Assembly (NCBI GenBank): GCA_040222015.1
Contig: JAVJWO010000028.1
Span: 1-64,000, forward strand
DNA: 64,000 nt
DNA from: Coleofasciculus chthonoplastes F2-STO-03
GTDB taxonomy: Bacteria; Cyanobacteriota; Cyanobacteriia; Cyanobacteriales; Coleofasciculaceae
Reading direction: 5' to 3'
Both the position numbers and the translations under genes were made by a program. Shown here one piece after another: positions 21,901 to 30,923 of this stretch (its first letter is position 1; each line of letters opens with the position of its first letter). The notes below the pieces were generated by a model that saw only the letters and a list, made by a program, of their open reading frames with translations, was not told the origin of the DNA and made no database searches.

Positions 21901-22314
21901 CAAACCGCCAAAGCCCCCACCGTGTTAGTCGTGGATGACGCGGTAGCATTACGGCGAACTCTCGCCCTCACCTTAGAACGAGCCGGCTGTCGGGTATTGC
22001 AAGCACGAGATGGACGAGAAGCACTGGAACAATTGCGGCAAAGTTCTGCTGTTGATTTAGTCGTGTGTGATATTGAAATGCCCAACATGAACGGGTTTGA
22101 ATTTCTGGGTCAACGTCGCCAAGATCCGCAAATCTCAAAGGTTCCCGTGGTGATGTTAACCTCCCGCAGTAACGATAAACATCGCTGGTTAGCACGGCAT
22201 TTAGGCGCAAATGCGTATTTCACCAAACCCTATCTGGAACAAGAATTTTTGGGTGCGATCGAACAAATTTTGATTCAGGATAAGTCACAACAGCCGCAAT
22301 TACAACCCTCTTGA
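18904..22314 (+). CDS. cheA: Hybrid CheA-like histidine kinase (Hpt-linker-HATPase-CheW-REC)
   Basis: RAAHSLKG, HLLRNAFDHG, DDGQG, SGRGVGLDVV, C-terminal REC CDIEMP. Confidence 0.95.
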   Translation: MALNPDIRDQAYQFFIEEAPELLQNIEAGLLNLRQDRSTANVHGMMRAAHSLKGGSASVELEAIKTIAHRLENIFKALYNKTVEIDTDLESQLLQAYDCLRLPLMEQIATNQFDQEQALAIAEPIFEQIEARLGDALTQADNFIPSSSELGVDMALSIFEVDVEQGLELLSQVVADPDHHPVAGELRAQADVFSGFAEFLNLPGFGAIANTAITALNAHPDKALEITQVALADFDAGRLAVLNGDRSQGGTPSPQLMALAGVADETPPARNREAGEAGGAGEAGEAEFKFKAYPGSIETPSLAGKGAGGLGFPASEESLSTSFLDPDTEPLLADLEAGVPSLEDVFGEIEADTSQEEEEEVEVEVEVEEEVVVEPEPEEELTAASASSLSIPAPETLEEAIASIGQVYEELPEVEDLPAPAVNNDTTPTVTSSNLVPSQSGSSELSATHPSAQPTSENQEPESVSPKPSKSKQEAATPHLSVRVDSERLERMNNLVGELAINRNGLSLQHQQLQRSVRELLERFSRVQTMVNHLRELSDKMLISPERYNPQINIALLNQLTEFVSRTEEFDSLELDNYSILNSRLQQLIEDMVQVEESVDDVALFAKQSDQTLEQQRQMLTSLRDELMWARMLPLGEVLNRYPRVIRDLSTRYEKSVNLKLNGTNVLVDKAALEKLYDPLMHLLRNAFDHGIELPEVRRQQGKPEVGQIEIRAYHQGSQTIIEVKDDGQGLNIKRIGQQAIDMGLVSPEQLTTLTPNRLFEFLFEPGFSTAEQVSELSGRGVGLDVVRSQMRSLKGTISVHSSPGVGTTFTLRLPLTLTIGKLLVCFVGSTALALPSDSVEEIVIPKGNQVKTTGEQRFLRWRGQIVPTYRLTDLLDYACPLPETCPSQALVSVPSPTNWALPMLVLRQDQYVLALEIDRLVTEQELVIKPFGSAIAPPSFTYGCTILGDGSLIPVIDGAVLMDQLLGQSSQSISITSSNRTLVSIPESRSAHNNETKAQTAKAPTVLVVDDAVALRRTLALTLERAGCRVLQARDGREALEQLRQSSAVDLVVCDIEMPNMNGFEFLGQRRQDPQISKVPVVMLTSRSNDKHRWLARHLGANAYFTKPYLEQEFLGAIEQILIQDKSQQPQLQPS

Positions 22315-22437
22315 TGGGGTGAGGGGGATGGGGAAGCCAATTCTCAGTGTAATCAGTGTAACTAACCTCTCACTTCCCTACCCCACTCTCTGCAATAAAT
22401 CCGTGAAATCAGTGTTTTGACAAAGGACAAATGACAA

Positions 22438-22968
22438 ATGACAACATTAGTTACTCAATTTCAACCCAACGATACTGATTTATCCCAATCTAGACAGGTT
22501 ATTCCCTCTCTAAAATTCATTGTCTTCAGCATGGGGAATCTGCATCTAGCCTTACGCATTGAGTCAATTTATAAAGTCGTGGATCACACGCCAATCTACA
22601 GTAGTGGGCTGAATCATGTCGGCGTTGCTCATTTAGGCGATCGCGAGGTGACGGTTGTAGACTTGTATTGGCGATTTTTCAAGCAAAGCCCGATTCAGGA
22701 ATCCAGCACGGGCGGGTATTTGATTGTCGTTAGAAACACGACAGGGGACTTATATGGAATTCCGGTAACTGACACACCCATTTTAATGGAAATACCCTTA
22801 TCAGCCATTCGCTTACTTCCTGAATCCTATCGGCGAGCCGATACTCTAGAAGTTGCCAGTCATGTAGCGGTTATTCCCCAGGATAAAGAATCGGTTACTG
22901 TATTTTTACTGGATGTCGATTTACTAATGCCAATCTTCCAGGAAATTGGCACGTTAACGAACGTATGA
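22438..22968 (+). CDS. Second CheW-like protein
   Basis: FIVFSMGNLHLALRIESIYKVV, GVAHLGDREVTVVDL; position after cheA. Confidence 0.8.
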   Translation: MTTLVTQFQPNDTDLSQSRQVIPSLKFIVFSMGNLHLALRIESIYKVVDHTPIYSSGLNHVGVAHLGDREVTVVDLYWRFFKQSPIQESSTGGYLIVVRNTTGDLYGIPVTDTPILMEIPLSAIRLLPESYRRADTLEVASHVAVIPQDKESVTVFLLDVDLLMPIFQEIGTLTNV

Positions 22969-23174
22969 AAAAACGAATGTTGATGAACCGCCCACAGTTT
23001 CAGGTGAAGACGTGTTACCTGGCTTTATCCTCGATTTAACCATCATCCTGAATCCTTAAATTTATCGGAATTGAGTAAAGGGCGACCCGATCAAATTGAA
23101 TGGACAGAGTTATTGTTTTGTGGAAGCGGATCGCCCCTACCCTAAGAATGCGTAACTTTATTAATTAACAATAT

Positions 23175-23249
23175 GGTTCAAAAATCCAATCTTTCACTGG
23201 TGCTGGTTGGAAGCGTTTACGGTTCCGTTCATTCCATTGATGCACCTGA
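23175..23249 (-). pseudogene. 3' remnant of a second darG
   Basis: 23205-23249 matches darG 23888-23932 at 41/45 nt; translates QVHQWNERNRKRFQP. Confidence 0.75.
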
Positions 23250-23602
23250 GTGCGATCGCACGATTTTCTGGTATACTTTTTACTATGGGAAAATGTGTCC
23301 GCCTATAACCTCTTCATCAAACCTTTCCGACCCAGACAATAGACGACGCGATCGCCTAATTTGCCTGTTAATTTTATTCCCTCTAGATTTGACAATTAAA
23401 CCCAAATATGAGTTAACCCGTAGGGGCGGGTTTTACCGTTATCTGTGGCGAGAAACTTCTCAATTCAATAAACCCGCCCTGATCCCAACCGTTGACGTGT
23501 ATAATCCAGTTGGTGTGTGTTCTAGGTAAGTTGGTCTAGTTCCGTTAAGTCTCTTCGACGTAATTTGTTTAGGGCTAAAGTTCCCTTACTACGAACTAAC
23601 TC

Positions 23603-23827
23603 TCACCAAAGAGAGCTTAAATTCAGGATGAATCCGGGTAAAACATCGTCTCCGGAAAGGGTAGCTGGAGCCTCTAAAATCTCAACAGCTTCCTGAGGAC
23701 GATAAATTTCCACTCGTCTCATTCCTGGCGCAATTAACCAACCCAAACGAGCGCCATTTTTGATATATTCCTTCATTTTATCCTGGGTGTCTTTTAATGT
23801 ATCCGAAGGAGACATAAATTCTACCAT
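23603..23827 (-). pseudogene. Uma2-family endonuclease C-terminal fragment, copy 1
   Basis: VEFMSPSD...KMKEYIKNGARLGWLI...LSGDDVLPGF; N-terminal half absent. Confidence 0.85.
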
Positions 23828-24864
23828 TTACGAATCTTCAACCAATTTTGGTCATGAAGACGTTGCCAAGCTTTGCGAAGATGTTCGGGTTGGAAGCGTT
23901 TGCGCTTCCGTTCACTCCATTGATACACCTGATCAATCATCACATCAACATCCGTAGCGGCTTCAGGATTCTCTTGAGTAACCCAGTGAATTGTCGCTAG
24001 CATTTCTAATCCATAAGGCGTTTCAAACCCTTGAATTAAATTACCCACTCGCTGGAGACAGTCATTCGCCTCCGGGTCTTGTGCTAAAAAAGTATGAGCG
24101 GCTTCTTTCCCCCTAGGCAATACCTGAATTTGAGCATTATTACTGCGATCGCCATAACCCCGAATAAAATGCCCTTCAATCCGTTGCAAAACATGATTCA
24201 GATTATTGGCGTAGGGACCATAGTGATGTTTAACATACCGCAGTTTCAAGGGTTCGCCCGCTACTTGTAAGAAATAGGCAAGTTTCTGGATTTCCAGTTT
24301 CGTGAGTTGATAACCCGGAATACTATAGAGTTCCAGTAAGCGAATAAATAAAGCACGGGCGCGAGTCATTTTAGGTATCGATGTAGCCACTGGCATTGTA
24401 TTGGCTATTGGTGCGCCTTGCGGCTCAAAGATAACCACCTGCACGTCTGGCAATTCAGCTAAGGCTGATTCAATCAGTGGCTTAACATTGTGCCAATCTA
24501 ATCCGCCATTCCCACATCCAAGAGGTGGAATTGCAATAGAATGAATATTTAACCGCTTAATCTCAGCCACTAACGCTTTCAGTCCAGCTTGAATATCCTC
24601 TAGTTTTGATTGTCCTTTCCAATGACGTTTAGTGGGAAAATTAATAATATATCGGGGAAACAATTGATCGGTGGGTACAGTAAACATTCGTCCTGGCTTT
24701 ACTTCCTGGGCATTGCAAGCCTTTTTGTAAGCACGGAAGTTGTCGGGAAATGCTTGTTTAAATTGCAAGGCTATCCCTTTACCCATGACACCGACACAGT
24801 TGACGGTGTTGACGAGGGCTTCCGTGTTCTCTTCGAGTAGGTTGCCTTGCTTAAACTCAATCAC
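23821..24864 (-). CDS. darG: DarG antitoxin (macrodomain DNA ADP-ribosyl glycohydrolase + C-terminal domain)
   Basis: ALVNTVNCVGVMGKGIALQFK, IINFPTKRHW, IPPLGCGNGGL, IQKLAYFLQ, YGPY, GLEMLATIHW. Confidence 0.93.
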   Translation of the reverse strand: MIEFKQGNLLEENTEALVNTVNCVGVMGKGIALQFKQAFPDNFRAYKKACNAQEVKPGRMFTVPTDQLFPRYIINFPTKRHWKGQSKLEDIQAGLKALVAEIKRLNIHSIAIPPLGCGNGGLDWHNVKPLIESALAELPDVQVVIFEPQGAPIANTMPVATSIPKMTRARALFIRLLELYSIPGYQLTKLEIQKLAYFLQVAGEPLKLRYVKHHYGPYANNLNHVLQRIEGHFIRGYGDRSNNAQIQVLPRGKEAAHTFLAQDPEANDCLQRVGNLIQGFETPYGLEMLATIHWVTQENPEAATDVDVMIDQVYQWSERKRKRFQPEHLRKAWQRLHDQNWLKIRKW

Positions 24865-24911
24865 ATTTCTAAATTGATGACTTGAATCTGAGTTGTACTA
24901 TTATTTTAACG

Positions 24912-25571
24912 TTAATAGTACCAATCACGGTAAACATTAACGGGAGGCTGAGGGTTAAACTTTTGTAATCGTTTCCGTACCTGTACTTGGATTGTAAAAT
25001 CGAACACGCCAATCTCTTCAATGAGCCTCCACGGACAAAATTGAGGTACCAAAAACTCAGCTTGTCGTCTGCGCTTTCTATCTCCATCGTCTGGCGTATC
25101 TGCCCAGTAGTTCTCTTTCATAATCTGCCAATCGATCCGATTTAAATAAGCCAGATCATCATAAAAGTCTGAGTACGCCATAATCCCATGACCATCGGTA
25201 AAGACAAACCCTGGTATGTTTGTCGAGATCGCCTCGACAGAGGAAACCAAATAAAGGACGCTACGTTGTCCTTGAGTATAACCGGGTACATTCCCTCTGT
25301 GAATCGTGTAGAGCATCGGGGAACGGGGGGCAAAGTAAAATGGCACATAATCATGTAATACGCCACCAGCGCCACAGGGAACCGTAGTAGTGGCGCGGCG
25401 ATCTTGGATAGTTTGATAAGCAATATTAATGTAATTGATGTTATCTTGGCGCAGCCGATTATAAGCGCATAATCTAGCCCGTTCCAATATAGACGTTAAA
25501 TTTTTGATGTCGGTAATATGATAAATAGGGATTGGCACTGGTGTTTTTAAGTCGAGTTTACGTCTACTCAA
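24912..25571 (-). CDS. darT: DarT toxin (DUF4433 ssDNA ADP-ribosyltransferase)
   Basis: IYHITDIKNL, LHDYVPFYFAPRSPMLY, FTDGH, RRRQAEFLV with catalytic Glu; upstream of darG. Confidence 0.93.
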   Translation of the reverse strand: MSRRKLDLKTPVPIPIYHITDIKNLTSILERARLCAYNRLRQDNINYINIAYQTIQDRRATTTVPCGAGGVLHDYVPFYFAPRSPMLYTIHRGNVPGYTQGQRSVLYLVSSVEAISTNIPGFVFTDGHGIMAYSDFYDDLAYLNRIDWQIMKENYWADTPDDGDRKRRRQAEFLVPQFCPWRLIEEIGVFDFTIQVQVRKRLQKFNPQPPVNVYRDWYY

Positions 25572-25766
25572 TTGTCCAGTCTTTCTGCTGCTGAATGCCC
25601 AATTCTAAGAAACCTTTAATACCAATCCTACCCCAATGACGGTAAAGTGCGATCGCGCGATTTTCTGTCAGCCTATCGCCGGAAACGGTTGATGGATAAA
25701 CGATTGGGATACAGGAAATATACATCAGGGCACGATGATATCGTACCCCTACCCAACCGTTAACTC

Positions 25767-26018
25767 TCACCAAATAGAGCTTAAATTCAGGATGAATCCG
25801 GGTAAAACATCGTCTCCGGAAAGAGTAGCTGGAGCCTCTAAAACCTCAACAGCTTGCTGAGGACGATAAATTTCCACTCGTCTCATTCCTGGCGCAATTA
25901 ACCAACCCAAACGAGCGCCATTATTAATATATTCCTTCATTTTATCCTGGATGTCTTTTAATCTATCCGAAGGAGACATCAATTCCACTACAAAATCAGG
26001 GCAAATGGGCGGGAATTG
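25767..26018 (-). pseudogene. Uma2-family endonuclease C-terminal fragment, copy 2
   Basis: FPPICPDFVVELMSPSD...NGARLGWLI; ~228-bp direct repeat of 23597-23824. Confidence 0.85.
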
Positions 26019-26292
26019 TTTTATGCATTTCCTTTCTCTCTCTCAAAGATATAGCAATCTTAACGGTAAAGTGCGATCGCATAATTTTCTGGTATATTTT
26101 TCATCTATGAAAATGTGCCTGCCTATAACCTTTCGATTAAGTATTTCAGACACAAATAGTAGACAAGGCGATCGCACGTTTGTCTGTTAGCCGATCGCCT
26201 AAAACCATTGATCAGCGATTTGGATACAGGAGATCTAAATCAGGGCATGATGGTATCGTGTTCCTGCCCGATCAAATTTTCCGTAGGTGTAC

Positions 26293-26600
26293 GGCATTGC
26301 CCATTGGTATCAACTTAAGCTCAACCCCTCTCCCCGGCGTGGGAGAGGGGCTGGGGGAGAGGGGTTGGGAGCATCCCAATTTGGCACGTTGGCTCTTTGA
26401 ATGGGGCTGAAACCCTTGTAATTGCGTTAATTTCGGTAATACTTTGTCCAAAACGGGATGCTCCCATCCGGTTCCCCTTCTCCCCACGGTGGGAGAAGGG
26501 GTTAGGGGATGAGGGGGAAATTGTAAGCAGTAGATAGACATGGCTAAAAACCTTGCCAGCATTGGTTTTCGACCTTAAGTTGACACTAATGGGCATTGCC
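26293..26600. mobile_element. MITE with 18-bp TIRs and 9-bp direct repeats, carrying nested elements
   Basis: GGCATTGCC-CATTGGTATCAACTTAAG (26302-26319)...CTTAAGTTGACACTAATG (26574-26591)-GGCATTGCC; TIRs match at 16/18. Confidence 0.75.
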
Positions 26601-26951
26601 ATACCCTTGGTTTAAGGCTAAAACGCTTCCCTCCAAATCCCGTCGAATGCCTCAACATTGAATCTGTGCGATCGCGTCTTGGTGAGAAAATGGAAGAATA
26701 AGGTGTCCGCGATCGCTCTCATTAGCCTCTACGCTTGATTGAGAAGACTAAAGAGTGATGTTATAGCACTACGCAGACACGTCCTTGACAAATGAAGGTG
26801 CTGAAACCTTTACCAATCAATCTTTTCCCTTCTGCCTTCTGCCTCCTGCCTTCTGCCTTCTTGCACTAGGCCATCCTAACCAACCTTTCATGCCAATCCT
26901 GCCCGGATTGCGGTAAAGTCATGAGTGTTGCTTGCCTATCCAAGACTGTTC

Positions 26952-29672
26952 ATGAGCGGACATCCCAACGCATCTACTCCCGAATCCAACGGTGCTACCG
27001 ACATTCGCGCTACCGAGAAGGCGAAGCAGGTGGCGGCGGAAAATATGGATCATCGGACGGTGAACCGCCAACAGCTAACGCCGATGATGCAGCATTTTGC
27101 GGAACTCAAAGACCAGTATCCGAATGCGGTACTGCTGTATCGAGTCGGCGATTTCTATGAAACGTTCTTCCAAGATGCGCGGCGAGTGGCTGAAGAATTG
27201 GAATTAGTCCTCACCAGTAAGGAGGCGGGGAAGGGTGTGGGACGAGTTCCGATGACGGGAGTCCCCCATCACTCGATTGAACGCCATGCGACTCAGTTAG
27301 TGGAAAAAGGCTATGCGATTGTTATTTGTGATCAAGTAGAAGATGCATCCATCGCCGCTAAAGAAGGGCGTCAGGTGAAACGGGAAGTCACTCGCATTCT
27401 CACCCCCGGTACGTTAACCGAAGCGGGGATGCTAAATGCTAAACGTAATAACTTCCTGGCGGCGGTGGTGATGGCGGGGAATCATTGGGGATTAGCCTAT
27501 GCGGATATTTCTACGGGGGAATTTTTCACCACTCAAGCCACGGATTTAGAGTTACTGGTACAGGAACTGTTGCGCTTGCACCCCTCAGAAGTGTTGATTC
27601 CTACCAATGCGCCGGATTTGGGGAGTATGCTGCGTCCAGGGGAAAAATCGGAGTCGTTACCTGATTGGTTACCCAACTCCTTTTGCTATAGCCTGCGTTC
27701 CCAAACCCCTTTCCGTTCCTCAGAAGCAAGAATACGACTCCTAGAACGATTTAAAGTGCGATCGCTAGAAGGGATGGGATGTGAACATTTACCTCTGGGA
27801 GTGCGGGCGGCGGGGGGATTATTGGAATATTTGGAAGACACGCAAAAAGAAAATTATGTCGCCCTGCAACATTTACGTACTTACACGTTAGCTGATTATC
27901 TAATTCTCGATCACCAAAGCCGCCGCAATTTAGAAATTACCACCACGGTGCGGGATAATACGTTTCATGGTTCCCTACTCTGGGCATTGGATCAAACCAG
28001 TACCTCCATGGGCGGACGGGCATTACGCCGTTGGTTATTGCAACCATTATTAGATAGTAAAGGAATTCGGGCGCGACAGGATACGATTCAGGAGTTGACA
28101 GAAAATACCGGACTGCGGGAGGATTTACGTCAGTTATTACGGGGAATTTATGATTTAGAGCGATTAACTGGACGGGCTAGTTCCGGAACGGCAAATGCAC
28201 GGGATTTGGTGGCGTTAGCGGATTCACTATTAAAATTACCCGATTTAGCCGAACTTGCCGCCTATGGGGGTTCTCCCTATCTGAAAGCATTGCAAACGTT
28301 TCCCCCAGAATTAGAACAGTTAGGACAAAGCATTCGCGCCCATTTAGTGGAATCGCCGCCGTTACAGATAAAGGAAGGCAATTTAATTCGTCCTGGGGTG
28401 AATGACCAACTGGATGAAATGCGTCGCATGGTGGAGGCGGATCAGCAGTGGATTGCTAACTTAGAGGTCACCGAACGCGATCGCACGGGTATTACCAATC
28501 TAAAAGTAGGATACAACAAAACCTTCGGCTATTACATCAGTATCGCTCGCTCAAAAGCTGATCAGGTTCCCGACGAGTACATCCGCAAACAAACCCTAAC
28601 CAACGAAGAACGCTACATTACTCCCGACTTAAAAGAACGCGAAACCCGGATTCTCACCGCACGGGATGATTTAAACCGCTTAGAATACGAGATTTTTGTC
28701 GGATTACGCACCCAAGTGGGGAATTATGCCCAGTTAATTCGCCATCTGTCCCGCGCTGTGGCGGCGATTGATGTTTTGTCGGGTTTAGCAGAAATTGCTG
28801 TACGCCAGGGCTATTGTCGTCCCACCGTGGTAGAGGGGCGGGAGATTACGATTATTGATGGACGCCATCCTGTAGTAGAAAAGTCTCTGCCAATCGGGTT
28901 TTTTGTCCCTAATTCGGCGTATTTGGGATGGGAGGAGTCAACGTCATCATCTGCGGAAAAGACAAAGACAGAGAATCAGCAACGTCCCGATTTAATTATC
29001 CTCACTGGACCCAATGCCAGTGGCAAAAGTTGCTATTTACGCCAAGTGGGATTAATTCAAATTATGGCGCAGACGGGGAGTTTTGTGCCAGCGACATCGG
29101 CGACATTGGGAATCTGCGATCGCATTTTTACTCGTGTCGGCGCGGTTGATGATTTAGCCACAGGTCAATCCACGTTTATGGTGGAGATGAATGAAACCGC
29201 AAATATCTTGAATCATGCCACGAATAAGTCCCTGGTGCTATTAGATGAAATTGGCAGAGGAACCGCCACATTTGATGGGTTATCTATTGCTTGGGCGGTG
29301 GCAGAATATCTATCCCTGGAAATTCAGGCACGGACGATTTTTGCTACGCATTACCATGAATTAAACGAATTGGCGTCTATTTTAGAGAATGTTGCCAATT
29401 ATCAGGTTACTGTGAAAGAATTGCCCGATGAAATTATCTTTTTACACCAAGTTCAACCGGGCGGGGCGGATAAGTCGTATGGGATTGAAGCAGGGCGTCT
29501 GGCGGGTTTGCCCCCGGCGGTGATTCAACGGGCAAAGCAGGTGATGGGGCAAATTGAAAAGCACAGTAAAATTGCTATGGGATTGCGGAAAGGTATTGGC
29601 AAGAAAGCCAAAGATACTGAAACGATTACGCCAGACACATCGGTACAGCAGTTAGATATTTTTGCCGAATGA
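26952..29672 (+). CDS. mutS: DNA mismatch repair protein MutS
   Basis: [60 protein letters not shown]. Confidence 0.97.
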   Translation: MSGHPNASTPESNGATDIRATEKAKQVAAENMDHRTVNRQQLTPMMQHFAELKDQYPNAVLLYRVGDFYETFFQDARRVAEELELVLTSKEAGKGVGRVPMTGVPHHSIERHATQLVEKGYAIVICDQVEDASIAAKEGRQVKREVTRILTPGTLTEAGMLNAKRNNFLAAVVMAGNHWGLAYADISTGEFFTTQATDLELLVQELLRLHPSEVLIPTNAPDLGSMLRPGEKSESLPDWLPNSFCYSLRSQTPFRSSEARIRLLERFKVRSLEGMGCEHLPLGVRAAGGLLEYLEDTQKENYVALQHLRTYTLADYLILDHQSRRNLEITTTVRDNTFHGSLLWALDQTSTSMGGRALRRWLLQPLLDSKGIRARQDTIQELTENTGLREDLRQLLRGIYDLERLTGRASSGTANARDLVALADSLLKLPDLAELAAYGGSPYLKALQTFPPELEQLGQSIRAHLVESPPLQIKEGNLIRPGVNDQLDEMRRMVEADQQWIANLEVTERDRTGITNLKVGYNKTFGYYISIARSKADQVPDEYIRKQTLTNEERYITPDLKERETRILTARDDLNRLEYEIFVGLRTQVGNYAQLIRHLSRAVAAIDVLSGLAEIAVRQGYCRPTVVEGREITIIDGRHPVVEKSLPIGFFVPNSAYLGWEESTSSSAEKTKTENQQRPDLIILTGPNASGKSCYLRQVGLIQIMAQTGSFVPATSATLGICDRIFTRVGAVDDLATGQSTFMVEMNETANILNHATNKSLVLLDEIGRGTATFDGLSIAWAVAEYLSLEIQARTIFATHYHELNELASILENVANYQVTVKELPDEIIFLHQVQPGGADKSYGIEAGRLAGLPPAVIQRAKQVMGQIEKHSKIAMGLRKGIGKKAKDTETITPDTSVQQLDIFAE

Positions 29673-29965
29673 CGTGCGCTTCGCGCAGGGTGTAGGAGCT
29701 AGGCTTATAGAAAACTCCTACTTTCGATAGAAGGTTATGCCCTTCCCTAGGCAGATGAAACGGTCAATAGAAGCGGTTAAATTGTTAGGTGGACAACGAA
29801 AATCAGAGGCAACTCGGTTCTGGCGCGAACAGTATTCGTATACCTTAAGCTGTTACGGATCTATTACGGATCGTAAAATAGTCTTGCCTGATAATTCAAC
29901 TAAGTAATTAAATTTAGTTTGGGTGGCAAAACTATCGTCCATAGATAATTTTAAAAGAGGTTTTC

Positions 29966-30595
29966 ATGAAAAAAGAACATCAGAGTAAGCTAAAAAATAC
30001 CGGACTATTAGGAGCGATAGTTGGCGGCATCCTGATTAGTCTGCCAGCAACGATTCTAGAAGCATCAGCCGTACCGATTTCCACGTTAGCTCAAGTTAAT
30101 CCTTGTCCGGGAATCTACTACGAAGAACCTTACAATAGTACACGCATGGTTCCACCAGGATGTCCGCAGAATGCAGCAGCACAGAGGGGTAGAGGCGGTC
30201 AAATGCTTAATAGACAAATGACGCCTACAACGCCTACAAGTGTGTCTCAACCCCCTCTACCTGAAGTACGCAGTGATGCAGTTGCCCGAATTCAACCCAC
30301 AAATGGTACTGTTGATGTGCGACTGAAAAATAACACCAACGCTGTTGTTTCTTATCAAGCTGTCGGACATACTGATCGTCGATATTTGTCAGGTGGAGAA
30401 GAAATTCTCCTGCAAAACTTGCCCACGCCGATTACGATAACCGCCGTTCGTCAGGATGATGGCTTAATTCAGATGATGCCCATGTCTGCTGATGAAACTG
30501 GGCAATTGGAGGTTACTTTTGAAGAAAAAACAACCTTAGACAGTAACCAAGGGGTTCTGAGAATTCAAGAAGATGGTCAAGTCTTTGTGAATTAG
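29966..30595 (+). CDS. Hypothetical exported protein
   Basis: Signal-peptide-like N-terminus, Cys pair (NPCPG...PGCP), AAGAGG SD upstream. Confidence 0.7.
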   Translation: MKKEHQSKLKNTGLLGAIVGGILISLPATILEASAVPISTLAQVNPCPGIYYEEPYNSTRMVPPGCPQNAAAQRGRGGQMLNRQMTPTTPTSVSQPPLPEVRSDAVARIQPTNGTVDVRLKNNTNAVVSYQAVGHTDRRYLSGGEEILLQNLPTPITITAVRQDDGLIQMMPMSADETGQLEVTFEEKTTLDSNQGVLRIQEDGQVFVN

Positions 30596-30923
30596 AGACG
30601 TTGACGTTATGGCAATTGTCGTAGAGACGTTCTCCCAGAACGTCTCTCTTGTTTGGCTCTAAAAGCTTACCAAGAAAAGTTAAGGTGGATCGGACGCGAT
30701 CGCACCAAGTTTCCTATTAACCTGAATATCGCCAAGCTATGCGTTTATAGCACTAAAGTGCTAACTACGAACCTGTGTTATACTAGCGTCGAGTCTTGAG
30801 TTTATTTATAACCTTTACACTATAAATTTTTGTGTCAATATTTGAACCAAAAAACGCTCAAAACTTAAACTAACTTAACTAAAAAATGCCTTTAGCAAGC
30901 ACTTCAAGAAAAGGAGTCAAGCG

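Noticed and set aside
23603..25988. Two functional Uma2 nucleases as part of the DarTG operon
   Set aside because: Both lack the N-terminal half; treated as fragments
26180..26602. Three short ORFs
   Set aside because: Read through nested palindromic elements; no recognisable domain
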